Origin: Eledone cirrhosa
Taxonomy: Eukaryota
Assembly: GCA_964016885.1 (NCBI GenBank)
Contig: OZ024744.1
Location: 28,210,001 to 28,274,000 of the forward strand
Direction: 5' to 3'
Length of the DNA: 64,000 bases
A program made the position numbers and the translations under genes. The notes beneath the pieces were generated by a model. It was given only the letters and a program-made list of their open reading frames with translations. It was not told the origin of the DNA and did no database searches. Position 1 is the first letter of the stretch. Each line of letters begins with the position of its first letter. Below are positions 36,201 to 51,200 of the stretch, piece after piece.

Positions 36201-39200
36201 TCATTGTTATCACTGTTATTGTCACTATTGTTGTTGTCGCTGATATCACTGTTATTGTCACTGTTGTTGTTGTTCTCGCTGTTATCACTGTTATTGTCAT
36301 TGTTGTTGTTTTTGTTGTCGCTGTTATAACTGTTACTGTCATTGTTGTCCCTGTTATCACTGTTATTGTCATTGTTGTTGTTGTTGTCGCTGTTTTCACT
36401 GTTATCGTCACTGTTGTCGTTGTTGTCGCTGTTATAACTGTTATTGTCAAAGTTGTTGTTGTCGCTGTTATAACTGTTATTGTGTTGTCGCTGTTACCAC
36501 TGTTATTGTCTTTGTTGTTGTTGTTCTCGCTGTTATCACTGTTATTGTCATTGTTGTTGTTGTCGCTGTTATCACTTATATTAGTCATTGTTGTTGTTGT
36601 TGTCGCTGTTATAACTGTTATTGTCACTGATGTTGTTGTTGTCGCTGTTATAACTGTTATTGTCAAAGTTGTTGTTGTCGCTGTTATAACTGTTATTGTC
36701 ACTGTTATTGTCCTTGTCGCTGTTACCACTGTTATTGTCTTTGTTGTTGTTGTGGTCGCTGTTATCACTGTTATTGTCACTGTTGTTGTTGTTGTCGCTG
36801 TTATCACTGTTATTGCCACTGTTGTTGTTGTCGCTGTTATCACTGTTATTGTCACTGTTGTTGTTGTTATTGTCGCTGTTATCACTGTTATTGTCACTGT
36901 TGTTGTTGTCGCTGTTATCACTCTTATTGCCACTGTTGCTGTTGTTGTCGCTGTTATCACTGTTATTGTCATTGTTGTTGTTGTCGCGGTTATCACTGTT
37001 ATTGTCATTGTTGTTGTTGTTGTTGTTCTCGCTGTTATCACTGTTAATGTCACTGTTGTTGTCGCTGTTATAACTGTTATTGTCACTGTTGTTGTTGTTG
37101 TCGCTGTTATCACTGTTATTGTCACTGTTGTTGTCGCTGTTATCACTGTTATTGTCACTGTTGTGTCGCTGTTACAACTGTCATTGTTGTTGTTGTTATT
37201 GTCGCTGTTATCACTGTTATTGTCATTGTTGTTATTGTTGTTGTCGCTGTTATAACTGTTATTGTCACTGTTGTTTTTGTTGTTGCCGCTGTTATCACTG
37301 TTATTGTCACTGTTGTTGTTGTCTCTGTTATAACTGTTATTGTCACTGTTGTTGTTGTTCTGGCTGTTACCACTGTTATTGTCACTGTTGTTGTTGTTGT
37401 CGTTGATATCACTGTTATTGTCATTATTGTTATTGTCGCTGTTATCACTGTTATTGTCATTGTTGTTGTTGTTGTTGTTGTCGCTGTTATCACTGTTATT
37501 GTCACTGTTGTTGTTGTTGTCGCTTCTATAACTGTTATTGTCACTATTGCTGTTGTTGTTGTCGCTGTTATCACTCTTACTGTCATTGTTGTTGTTGTCG
37601 CTGTTATCACTGTTATTGCCACTGTTGCTGTTGTTGTCGTTGTTATCACTGTTATTGTCATTGTTTTTGTTGTTGTCGCTGTTATCACTGTTATTGTCAC
37701 TGTTGTTGTCGCTGTTATAACTGTTATTGTCACTGTTGTTGTTGTTGTCGGTGTTATAACTGTTATTAGTTACTGTTGTTGTTGTTGATGTTGTTCTTGC
37801 TGTTATAACTATTATTGTCATTGTTGTTGTTGTTGCTGTCGGTGTTATTACTGTTAATGCCATTGTTGTTGTCTCTGTTATCACTGTTATTGTCACTGTT
37901 GTTGTCGTTGTTGTTGTTGTCGCTGTTATCACTGTTATTGTTCTGTTGTTGTTGTCGCTGTTATAACTGTTAATGTCACTGTTGTTGTTCTCGCTGTTAT
38001 CACTGTTATTGTCATTGTTGTTGTTGTTGTTGTTGTTGTCGCTGTTATCATTGTTATTGTCATTGTTGTCGCTGTTATCACTGTTATTGTCACTGTTGTT
38101 GTCGCTGTTACAACTGTCCTTGTTGTTGTTGTTATTGCCGCTGTTATCACTGTTATTGTCATTGTTGTTTTTATTGTCGCTGTTATCACTGTTATTGTCA
38201 CTGTTGTTGTTGTCGCTGTTATCACTGATATTGTAACTGTTGTTGTTGTTGTCACTGTTATAAATGTTATTGTCACTTTTGTTTTTGTTGTCGCTTTTAT
38301 CACTGTTATTGTCACTGTTGTTGTTGTCGCTGTTATAACTGTTATTGTCACTGTTTATGTTGTCGCTGTTATAACTGTTATTGTCACTGTTGTTGTTGTC
38401 CCTGTTATAACTGTTATTGTCACTGTTGTTGTTGTTGTCGCTGTTATCACTGTTATTGTCACTGTTATTGTCCTTGTCGCTGTTACCACTGTTATTGTCT
38501 TTGTTGTTGTTGTGGTCGCTGTTATCACTGTTATTGTCACTGTTGTTGTTGTTGTCGCTGTTATCACTGTTATTGCCACTGTTGTTTTTGTTGTCGCTGT
38601 TATCACTGTTATTGTCACTGTTGTTGTTGTTGTCGCTGTTATCACTGTTATTGTCACTGTTGTAGTTGTCGCTGTTATCACTGTTATTGCCACTGTTGCT
38701 GTTGTTGTCGCTGTTATCACTGTTATTGTCACTGTTGTTATTGTTGTCGCTGTTATCTATGTTATTGTCACTGTTGTTGTTGTCGCTGTTATCACTGTTA
38801 TTGTCACTGTTGCTGTTGTTGTCGCTGTTATCACTGTTATTGTCATTGTTGTTGTTGTTGTCGCGGTTATCACTGTTATTGTCATTGTTGTTGTTGTTGT
38901 TGTTGTTGTTGTCGCTGTTATCATTGTTATTGTCATTGTTGTCGCTGTTATCACTGTTATTGTCACTGTTGTTGTCGCTGTTACAACTGTCCTTGTTGTT
39001 GTTGTTATTGTCGCTGTTATCACTGTTATTGTCATTGTTGTTGTTATTGTCGCTGTTATCACTGTTATTGTCACTGTTGTTGTTGTCGCTGTTATCACTG
39101 TTATTGTAACTGTTGTTGTTGTCGCTGTTATAACTGTTATTGTCACTGTTTTTGTTGTCGCTGTTATAACTGTTATTGTCACTGTTGTTGTTGTCCCTGT

Positions 39201-42200
39201 TATAACTGTTATTGTCACTGTTGTTGTTGTTGTCGCTGTTATCATTGTTATTGTCACTGTTGTTGTCGTGGTTATCACTGTTATTGTCATTGTTGTTGTT
39301 GTTGTCGCGGTTATCACTGTTATTGTCACTGTTTTGTTGTTGTCGCTGTTATCACTGTTATTGTCACTGTTGTTGTTGTCGCTGTTATCACTGTTATTGT
39401 CACTGTTGTTGTCGCTGTTATCACTGTTATTTTCATTGTTGTTGTTGTTGTCGCTGTTATAAGTGTTATTGTCACTGTTGATGTTGTTGTTCTCGCTGTT
39501 ATCACTCTTATTGTCACTATTGTTGTTGTTCTCGCTGTTATCACTCTTATTGTCACTATTGTTGTTGTTGTCGCCGTTATAACTGTTATTGTCATTGTTG
39601 TTGTAGTCGCAGTTATATATGGTATTGACACTGTTCTTGTTGTTGTTATCGCTGTTATCACTGTTATTATCACTGTTGTTGTTGTTGTTGTTGTCGCTGT
39701 TATCACTGTTATTGTTCTGTTGTTGTTGTCGCTTTTATAACTGTTATTACCATTGTTGTTGTTGTTGTTGTCTCTGTTATCACTGTTATTGTCACTGTTG
39801 TTGTTGTTGTCGCTGTTATCACTGTTATTGTCACTGGTGTTGTTGTTGTTGCTGTTAGTGTCACTCTTGTTGTTTTGTCGTCGTTGTCCTCGTTGTCATC
39901 ACTGTTATTGTCGCTGTTGTTGTTGTTGTCGTTGTTATCATGCTTGTTGTCACTGTTGTTGTTGTTGTGGTTGTTGTTGTTGTTATCACTGTTATTGTCA
40001 CTGTTGTCTTTGTTGTTGTCGTTGTCATGACTGTTATTGTCGCTGTTGTTGTTGTTGTTGTCGCTGTTATTGTCACTGTTGTTGTTTTGTTGTTGTTGTC
40101 GTCGTTGTCATCACTGTTATCGTCGCTGTTGTCGTTGTTGTCCTTGTTATCATGGTTATTGTCACTGTTGTTGTCGCTGTTATCACTGTTATTATCACTG
40201 TTGTTGTTGTCGCTGTTATTACTGTTATTGTCACTGTTGTTGTTGTTGTTGTCATTGTTATCACTGTTATTGTCACTATTGTTGTTGTCGCTGTTATCAC
40301 TGTTATTGTCACTGTTGTTGTTGTTCTCGCTGTTATCACTGTTATTGTCATTGTTGTTGTTTTTGTTGTCGCTGTTATAACTGTTACTGTCATTGTTGTC
40401 CCTGTTATCACTGTTATTGTCATTGTTGTTGTTGTTGTCGCTGTTTTCACTGTTATCGTCACTGTTGTTGTTGTTGTCGCTGTTATAACTGTTATTGTCA
40501 AAGTTGTTGTTGTCGCTGTTATAACTGTTATTGTGTTGTCGCTGTTACCACTGTTATTGTCTTTGTTGTTGTTGTTCTCGCTGTTATCACTGTTATTGTC
40601 ATTGTTGTTGTTGTCGCTGTTATCACTTATATTAGTCATTGTTGTTGTTGTTGTCGCTGTTATAACTGTTATTGTTATTGGTGTTTTTGTTGTCGCTGTA
40701 ATAACTGTTATTGTCATTATTGTTGTTGTCGCTGTTATCACTGTTATTGTCACTGTTGTTGTTTTGTTGTTGTTGTTGTCGTCGTTGTCATCACTGTTAT
40801 TGTCACTTTTGTTGTTGTTGTTGTCGTTGTTATCATGCTTATTGTCACTGTTGTTGTTGTCGTTGTTGTCGTTGTTATCACTGTTATTGTCATTGTTGTT
40901 GTTGTTGTCGCTGTTATCACTGTTATTGTCACTGTTGTTGTCGCTGTTATAACTGTTATTGTCACTGTGGTTGTTGTTGTTCTCGCTGTTATGACAGTTA
41001 TTGTCACTGTTGTTGTTGTCGCTGTTATAACTATTATTGTCACTGTTGTTGTTGTTGTCGATGTTATTGTCACTGTTATTGCCACTGTTGTTGTTGTTGT
41101 TGTCTCTATTATCACTGTTATTGTTACTGTTGTTGTTGTCGCTGTTATAACTGATATTGTTATTGGTGTTTTTGTTGTCGCTGTAATAACTGTTATTGTC
41201 ATTATTGTTGTTGTCGCTGTTATCACTGTTATTGTCACTGTTGTTGTTTTGTTGTTGTTGTTGTCGTCGTTGTCATCACTGTTATTGTCACTTTTGTTGT
41301 TGTTGTTGTCGTTGTTATCATGCTTATTGTCACTGTTGTTGTTGTCGTTGTTGTCGTTGTTATCACTGTTATTGTCATTGTTGTTGTTGTTGTCGCTGTT
41401 ATCACTGTTATTGTCACTGTTGTTGTTGTCGCTTCTATAACTGTTATTGTCACTATTGCTGTTGTTGTTGTCGCTGTTATCACTCTTACTGTCATTGTTG
41501 TTGTTGTCGCTGTTATCACTGTTATTGTCACTGTTGTTGTTGTCGCTGTTATCACTCTTATTGCCACTGTTGCTGTTGTTGTCGCTGTTATCACTGTTGT
41601 TGTCGCTGTTATCACTGTTATTGTCACTGTTGTTGTTGTTGTCGCTGTTATCACTGTTATTGTCATTGTTGTTGTTGTGGCGGTTATCACTGTTATTGTC
41701 ACTGTTGTTGTCGCTGTTATAACTGTTATTGTCACTGTTGTTGTTGTTGTCGCTGTTATCACTGTTATTGTCACTGTTGTTGTCGCTGTTATAACTGTTA
41801 TTGTCACTATTGTTGTTGTTGTCGCCGTTATAACTGTTATTGTCATTGTTGTTGTAGTCGCAGTTATATATGTTATTGACACTGTTCTTGTTGTTGTTAT
41901 CGCTGTTATCACTGTTATTATCACTGTTGTTGTTGTTGTTGTTGTCGCTGTTATCACTGTTATTGTTCTGTTGTTGTTGTCGCTTTTATAACTGTTATTA
42001 CCATTGTTGTTGTTGTTGTTGTCTCTGTTATCACTGTTATTGTCACTGTTGTTGTTGTTGTCGCTGTTATCACTGTTATTGTCACTGGTGTTGTTGTTGT
42101 TGCTGTTAGTGTCACTCTTGTTGTTTTGTTGTCGTTGTCATCACTGTTATTGTCGCTGTTGTTGTTGTTGTCGTTGTTATCATGCTTGTTGTCACTGTTG

Positions 42201-45200
42201 TTGTTGTTGTGGTTGTTGTTGTTGTTATCACTGTTTGTTGTCACTGTTGTCTTTGTTGCTGTCGTTGTCATGACTGTTATTGTCACTGTTGTTGTTTTGT
42301 TGTTGTTGTCGTCGTTGTCATCACTGTTATCGTCGGTGTTGTCGTTGTTGTCCTTGTTATCATGGTTATTGTCACTGTTGTTGTCGCTGTTATCACTGTT
42401 ATTGTCACTGTTGTTGTTGTCGCTGTTATTACTGTTATTGTCACTGTTGTTGTTGTTGTCATTGTTATCACTGTTATTGTCACTATTGTTGTTGTCGCTG
42501 TTATCACTGTTATTGTCACTGTTGTTGTTGTTCTCGCTGTTATCACTGTTATTGTCATTGTTGTTGTTTTTGTTGTCGCTGTTATAACTGTTACTGTCAT
42601 TGTTGTCCCTGTTATCACTGTTATTGTCATTGTTGTTGTTGTTGTCGCTGTTTTCACTGTTATCGTCACTGTTGTTGTTGTTGTCGCTGTTATAACTGTT
42701 ATTGTCAAAGTTGTTGTTGTCGCTGTTATAACTGTTATTGTGTTGTCGCTGTTACCACTGTTATTGTCTTTGTTGTTGTTGTTCTCGCTGTTATCACTGT
42801 TATTGTCATTGTTGTTGTTGTCGCTGTTATCACTTGTATTAGTCATTGTTGTTGTTGTTGTCGCTGTTATAACTGTTATTGTCACTGATGTTGTTATTGT
42901 CGCTGTTATAACTGTTATTGTCAAAGTTGTTGTTGTTGTCGCTGTTATATCTGTTATTGTCACTGTTATTGTTCTTGTCGCTGTTACCACTGTTATTGTC
43001 TTTGTTGTTGTTGTGGTCGCTGTTATCACTGTTATTGTCACTGTTGTTGTTGTTGTCGCTGTTATCACTGTTATTGCCACTGTTGTTGTTGTCGCTGTTA
43101 TCACTGTTATTGTCACTGTTGTTGTTGTTGTCGCTGTTATCACTGTTATTGTCACTGTTGTTGTTGTCGCTGTTATCACTCTTATTGCCACTGTTGCTGT
43201 TGTTGTCGCTGTTATCACTGTTATTGTCACTGTTGTTGTTGTTGTCGCTGTTATCACTGTTATTGTCATTGTTGTTGTTGTCGCGGTTATCACTGTTATT
43301 GTCATTGTTGTTGTTGTTGTTGTTCTCGCTGTTATCACTGTTAATGTCACTGTTGTTGTCGCTGTTATAACTGTTATTGTCACTATTGTTGTTGTTGTCG
43401 CTGTTATCACTGTTATTGTCACTGTTGTTGTCGCTGTTATCACTGTTATTGTCACTGTTGTTGTCGCTGTTACAACTGTCATTGTTGTTGTTGTTATTGT
43501 CGCTGTTATCACTGTTATTGTCATTGTTGTTATTGTTGTTGTCGCTGTTATAACTGTTATTGTCACTGTTGTTTTTGTTGTTGCCGCTGTTATCACTGTT
43601 ATTGTCACTGTTGTTGTTGTCTCTGTTATAACTCTTATTGTCACTGTTGTTGTTGTCGCTGTTATCACTGTTATTGACACTGATGTTGCTGTTGTTCTCG
43701 CTGTTTTCACTGTTATTGTCACTGTTGTTGTTGTTGTTCTGGCTGTTACCACTGTTATTGTCACTGTTGTTGTTGTTGTTGTTGTCGTTGTTATCACTGT
43801 TATTGTCATTATTGTTATTGTCGCTGTTATCACTGTTATTGTCATTGTTGTTGTTGTTGTTGTCGCTGTTATCACTGTTATTGTCACTGTTGTTGTTGTT
43901 GTCGCTTCTATAACTGTTATTGTCACTATTGCTGTTGTTGTTGTCGCTGTTATCACTCTTACTGTCATTGTTGTTGTTGTCGCTGTTATCACTGTTATTG
44001 TCACTGTTGTTGTTGTCGCTGTTATCACTCTTATTGCCACTGTTGCTGTTGTTGTCGCTGTTATCACTGTTATTGTCACTGTTGTTGTTGTTGTCGCTGT
44101 TATCACTGTTTTTGTCATTGTTGTTGTTGTGGCGGTTATCACTGTTATTGTCACTGTTGTCTTTGTTGTTGTCGTTGTCATGACTGTTATTGTCGATGTT
44201 GTTGTTGTTGTTGTCGCTGTTATTGTCACTGTTGTTGTTTTGTTGTTGTTGTCGTCGTTGTCATCACTGTTATCGTCGCTGTTGTCGTTGTTGTCCTTGT
44301 TATCATGGTTATTGTCACTGTTGTTGTCGCTGTTATCACTGTTATTGTCACTGTTGTTGTTGTCGCTGTTACTACTGTTATTGTCACTGTTGTTGTTGTT
44401 GTCGTCATTGTTATCACTGTTATTGTCACTATTGTTGTTGTCGCTGTTATCACTGTTATTGTCACTGTTGTTGTTGTTCTCGCTGTTATCATTGTTATTG
44501 TCATTGTTGTTGTTTTTGTTGTCGCTGTTATAACTGTTACTGTCATTGTTGTCCCTGTTATCACTGTTATTGTCATTGTTGTTGTTGTTGTCGCTGTTTT
44601 CACTGTTATCGTCACTGTTGTTGTTGTTGTCGCTGTTATAACTGTTATTGTCAAAGTAGTTGTTGTCGCTGTTATAACTGTTATTGTGTTGTCGCTGTTA
44701 CCACTGTTATTGTCTTTGTTGTTGTTGTTCTCGCTGTTATCACTGTTATTGTCATTGTTGTTGTTGTCGCTGTTATAACTGTTATTGTCACTGTTATTGT
44801 TCTTGTCGCTGTTACCACTGTTATTGTCTTTGTTGTTGTTGTGGTCGCTGTTATCACTGTTATTGTCACTGTTGTTGTTGTTGTCGCTGTTATCACTGTG
44901 ATTGTCACTGTTATCACTCTTATTGCCACTGTTGCTGTCGCTGTTATCACTGTTATTGTCACTGTTGTTGTTGTTGTCGCTGTTATCACTGTTATTGTCA
45001 TTGTTGTTGTTGTCGCGGTTATCACTGTTATTGTCATTGTTGTTGTTGTTGTTGTTCTCGCTGTTATCACTGTTAATGTCACTGTTGTTGTCGCTGTTAT
45101 AACTGTTATTGTCACTGTTGTTGTTGTTGTCGCTGTTATCACTGTTATTGTCACTGTTGTTGTCGCTGTTATCACTGTTATTGTCACTGTTGTTGTCGCT

Positions 45201-48200
45201 GTTACAACTGTCATTGTTGTTGTTGTTATTGTCGCTGTTATCACTGTTATTGTCATTGTTGTTATTGTTGTTGTCGCTGTTATAACTGTTATTGTCACTG
45301 TTGTTTTTGTTGTTGCCGCTGTTATCACTGTTATTGTCACTGTTGTTGTTGTCTCTGTTATAACTGTTATTGTCACTGTTGTTGTTGTCGCTGTTATCAC
45401 TGTTATTGACACTGTTGTTGCTGTTGTTCTCGCTGTTATCACTGTTATTGTCACTGTTGTTGTTGTTGTTCTGGCTGTTACCACTGTTATTGTCACTGTT
45501 GTTGTTGTTGTTGTTGTCGCTGTTATCACTGTTATTGTCATTGTTGTTGTTGTTGTCGCTGTTATCACTGTTATTGTCACTGTTGTTGTTGTCGCTTCTA
45601 TAACTGTTATTGTCACTATTGCTGTTGTTGTTGTCGCTGTTATCACTCTTACTGTCATTGTTGTTGTTGTCGCTGTTATCACTGTTATTGTCACTGTTGT
45701 TGTTGTCGCTGTTATCACTCTTATTGCCACTGTTGCTGTTGTTGTCGCTGTTATCACTGTTGTTGTCGCTGTTATCACTGTTATTGTCACTGTTGTTGTT
45801 GTTGTCGCTGTTATCACTGTTATTGTCATTGTTGTTGTTGTGGCGGTTATCACTGTTATTGTCACTGTTGTTGTCGCTGTTATAACTGTTATTGTCACTG
45901 TTGTTGTTGTTGTCGCTGTTATCACTGTTATTGTCACTGTTGTTGTCGCTGTTATCACTGTTATTGTCACTGTTTTTGTCGCTGTTACAACTGTCATTGT
46001 TGTTGTTGTTATTGTCGCTGTTATCACTGTTATTGTCATTGCTGTTATTGTTGTTGTCGCTGTTATAACTGTTATTCTCACTGTTGTTTTTGTTGTTGCC
46101 GCTGTTATCACAGTTATTGTCACTGTTGTTGTTGTCTCTGTTATAACTGTTATTGTCACTGTTGTTGTTGTCACTGTTATTGTCACTGTTGTTGTTGTTC
46201 TCGCTGTTATCACTGTTATTGTCACAGTTGTTGTTGTCGCTGTTATCACTGTTATTGTCATTGTTGTTGTTGCCGCTGTTATAACTGTTATTGTCATTGT
46301 TGTTGTTGTCGCTGTTATCACTGTTATTGTCATTGTTGTTGTTGTCGCTATTATCACTGTTATTGTCACTGTTGTTGTTATTGTCGCTGTTATCAGTGTT
46401 ATTTTCACAGTTGTTGTCGCTGTTCTCATTGATATTGTCATTGTTGTTGTTGTTGTCGCCGTTATCACTGTTATTGTCATTGTTTTTGTTGTTGCTGTCG
46501 GTGTTATAACTGTTATTAGTTACTGTTGTTGTTGTTGTTCTCGCTGTTATAACTATTATTGTCATTGTTGTTGTTGTCGCTGTTATAACTGTTATTGTCA
46601 TTGTTGTTGTTGTCGCTGTTATAAGTGTTATTGTCACTGTTGATGTTGTTGTTCTCGCTGTTATCACTCTTATTGTCACTATTGTTGTTGTTCTCGCTGT
46701 TATCACTCTTATTGTCACTATTGTTGTTGTTGTCGCCGTTATAACTGTTATTGTCATTGTTGTTGTAGTCGCAGTTATATATGTTATTGACACTGTTCTT
46801 GTTGTTGTTATCGCTGTTATCACTGTTATTATCACTGTTGTTGTTGTTGTTGTTGTCGCTGTTATCACTGTTATTGTTCTGTTGTTGTTGTCGCTTTTAT
46901 AACTGTTATTACCATTGTTGTTGTTGTTGTTGTCTCTGTTATCACTGTTATTGTCACTGTTGTTGTTGTCGCTGTTATCACTGTTATTGTCACTGGTGTT
47001 GTTGTTGTTGCTGTTAGTGTCACTCTTGTTGTTTTGTTGTCGTTGTCCTCGTTGTCATCACTGTTATTGTCGCTGTTGTTGTTGTTGTCGTTGTTATCAT
47101 GCTTGTTGTCACTGTTGTTGTTGTTGTGGTTGTTGTTGTTGTTATCACTGTTATTGTCACCTTTGTCTTTGTTGTTGTCGTTGTCATGACTGTTATTGTC
47201 GCTGTTGTTGTTGTTGTCGCTGTTATTGTCACTGTTGTTGTTTTGTTGTTGTTGTCGTCGTTGTCATCACTGTTATCGTCGCTGTTGTCGTTGTTGTCCT
47301 TGTTATCATGGTTATTGTCACTGTTGTTGTCGCTGTTATCACTGTTATTGTCACTGTTGTTGTTGTCGCTGTTACTACTGTTATTGTCACTCTTGTTGTT
47401 GTTGTTGTCATTGTTATCACTGTTATTGTCACTATTGTTGTTGTCGCTGTTATCACTGTTATTGTCACTGTTGTTGTTGTTCTCGCTGTTATCACTGTTA
47501 TTGTCATTGTTGTTGTTTTTGTTGTCGCTGTTATAACTGTTACTGTCATTGTTGTCCCTGTTATCACTGTTATTGTCATTGTTGTTGTTGTCGCTGTTTT
47601 CACTGTTATCGTCACTGTTGTTGTTGTTGTCGCTGTTATAACTGTTATTGTCAAAGTTGTTGTTGTCGCTGTTATAACTGTTATTGTGTTGTCGCTGTTA
47701 CCACTGTTATTGTCTTTGTTGTTGTTGTTCTCGCTGTTATCACTGTTATTGTCATTGTTGTTGTTGTCGCTGTTATAACTGTTATTGTCACTGTTATTGT
47801 TCTTGTCGCTGTTACCACTGTTATTGTCTTTGTTGTTGTTGTGGTCGCTGTTATCACTGTCATTGTCACTGTTGTTGTTGTTGTCGCTGTTATCACTGTT
47901 ATTGCCACTGTTGTTGTTGTCGCTGTTATCACTGTTATTGTCACTGTTGTTGTTGTTGTCGCTGTTATCACTGTTATTGTCACTGTTATCACTCTTATTG
48001 CCACTGTTGCTGTCGCTGTTATCACTGTTATTGTCACTGTTGTTGTTGTTGTCGCTGTTATCACTGTTATTGTCATTGTTGTTGTTGTCGCGGTTATCAC
48101 TGTTATTGTCATTGTTGTTGTTGTTGTTGTTCTCGCTGTTATCACTGTTAATGTCACTGTTGTTGTCGCTGTTATAACTGTTATTGTCACTGTTGTTGTT

Positions 48201-51200
48201 GTTGTCGCTGTTATCACTGTTATTGTCACTGTTGTTGTCGCTGTTATCACTGTTATTGTCACTGTTACAACTGTCATTGTTGTTGTTGTTATTGTCGCTG
48301 TTATCACTGTTATTGTCATTGTTGTTATTGTTGTTGTCGCTGTTATAACTGTTATTGTCACTGTTGTTTTTGTTGTTGCCGCTGTTATCACTGTTATTGT
48401 CACTGTTGTTGTTGTCTCTGTTATCACTGTTATTGTCACTGTTGTTGTTGTTCTCGCTGTTATCACTGTTATTGTCATTGTTGTTGTCGCTGTTATCACT
48501 GTTATTGTCACTGTTGCAGTTGTTGTCGCTGTTATCTGTTATTGTGATTGTTGTTGTTGTCGCTGTTATAACTGTTATTGTTATTGTTGTTGTTGTTGTT
48601 CTCGCAGTTATCACTGTTATTGTCACTGTTGTTTTTGTTGCTGTCGGTGTTATAACTGTTATTAGTTAATGTTGTTGTTGTTCTCGCTGTTATAACTGTT
48701 ATTGTCATTGTTGTTGTTGTCGCTGTTATCACTGTTATTGTCATTGTTGTTGTTGTCGCTATTATCACTGTTATTGTCACTGTTGTTGTTGTCGCTGTTA
48801 TCACTGTTATTGTCACAGTTGTTGTCGCTGTTATCACTGTTATTGTCATTGTTGTTGTTGTTGTTGTCGCTGTTATCACTGTTATTGTCATTGTTGTTGT
48901 CGCTATTATCGCTGTTATTGTCACTGTTGTTGTTGGTCTCGCTGGTATAACTGTTATTGTCACTGTTGTTGTTGCTGTTATAACTGTTATTACACTGTTG
49001 TTGTTCTTGTCGCTGTTATAACTGTTATTGTCATTGTTGTTGTTGTCGCTGTTATCAATGTTATTGTCATTGTTGTTGTTGTTGTTCTCACTGTTATCAC
49101 TGTTATTGTCACTGTTGTTGTTGTTGTTCTCGCTGTTATCACTCTTATTGTCACTATTGTTGTTGTTGTCGCCGTTATAACTGTTATTGTCACTGTTGTT
49201 GTTGTCGCTGTTTTAACTGTTATTGTCATTGTTGTTGTAGTCGCAGTTATATATGTAATTGACACTGTTGTTGTTGTTCTCGCTGTTATCACTGTTATTA
49301 TCACTGTTGTTGTTGTCGCTGTTATCACTGTTGTTGTTGTCGTTGTCGCTGTTATCACTGTCATTGTCACTGTTGTTGTCGCTGTTATCACTGTTATCGT
49401 CATCGTTGTTGTTGTTCTCGCTGTTATCACTGTTATTGTCACTGTTGTCGCTGTTATCACTGTTATTGTCACTGTTGTTGGTGTCGCTGTTATCACTGTT
49501 ATTGTCACTGTTGTTCTTGTCGCTGTTATAACTCTTATTGTCATTGTTGTTGTTGTTGTTGTCGCTGTTATCACTGTTATTGTCACTGATGTTGTTGTTC
49601 TCGCTGTTATCACTGTTATTGTCACTGTTGTTGTTGTTGTTGTTGTTCTCGCTGTTATCACTGTTATTGTCATTGCTGTTGTTGTTGTCGCTGTTATCAC
49701 TGTTATTGTCACTATTGTTGTTGTTCTCGCTGTTATTGTCATTGTTGTTGTTGTTGTTGTTGTTGTTGTCGCTGTTATCACTGTTATTGTCACTGTTGTT
49801 GTTGTACTCGCTGTTATCACTGTTATTGTCATTGTTGTTGTTGTTGTCGCTGTTATCACTGTTATTGTCACTGTTGTTCTCGCTGTTATAACTGTTATTG
49901 TGACTGTTGTTGTTGTTATTGTTGTCGCTGTTATAACTGTTATTGTCACTGTTGTTGCTGTCGCTGTTATAACTCTTATTGTCACTGTTGTTGTTGTTGT
50001 TGTTGTCGTTGTTATCACTGTTATTGTCATTATTGTTGTTCTCGCTGTTATCACTGTTATTGTCACTGTTGTTGTTGTCGTGTTATAACTTTTATTGTCA
50101 CTATTTTTGTTGGCGCTGTTATCACTGTTATTGTCATTGTTGTTGTTGTCGCTGTTATCACTGTTATTGTCCCTGATGTTGTCGCTGTTATAACTGTTAT
50201 TGTCAATATTGTCAATATTGTTGTTCTCGCTGCTATCCCTGTTATTGTTACAGTTGTTGTTGTTGTTCTCGCTGTTATCACAGTTATTGTCACTGTTGTT
50301 CTGTTGTTCTCGCTGTTATCACTGTTATTGTCACTGTTGTTGTTGTTGTCGTAGCTGTTATATCTGTTATTGTCACTGTTATTGTTGTTGCTGTCGCTGT
50401 TATCACTGTTATTGTCATTGTTGTTGTTGTTGTACTCGCTGTTATCACTGTTATTGTCACTGTTGTTGTCGATGTTATCACTGTTATTTTCATTGTTGTT
50501 TTTGTTGTCACTGTTATAACTGTTATTGTCATTGTTGTTGTTGTTGTCGCTGTTATCACTGTTATTGTCATTGTTATTGTTGTTGTCGCTGTTATCACTG
50601 TTATTGTCACTGTTGTTGTTGTTGTCCCTGTTATCACTGTTATTGTCACTGTTGTTGTTGTTGTTGTTGTCACTGTTATTTATAAATGTTATTGTCACTG
50701 TTGTTGTTGTCGCTGTTATAACTGTTATTGTCACTGTTGTTGTTGTCACTGTTATTTATAAATGTTATTGTCACTGTTGTTGTTGTCGCTGTTATGACTC
50801 TTATTGTCACTGTTGTTGTTGTCGCTGTTATTACTGTTATTGTCACTGTTTTTGTTGTTGTCGCTGTTATCACTGTTATTGTCACTGCTGATGTTGTTGT
50901 CTCTGTTATCACTGTTATTGTCATTGTTGTTATTGTTGTTGTCGCTGTCATAACTGTTATTGTCACTGTTGTTGTTGTCGCTGTTATCACTGTTATTGTC
51001 ACTGTTGTTGTCGCCGTTATCACTGTTATTGTCATTGTTGTTGTTGTCGCTGTTATAACTGTTATTGTCATTGTTGTTGTTGTTGTTGTTGTCGCTGTTA
51101 TGACTGTTATTGTCATTGTTGTTGTCGCTGTTATCACTGTTATTTTCACTGTTGTTGTTGTTGTTGTCGTTGTTATAACTGTTATTGTCATAGTTGTTGT

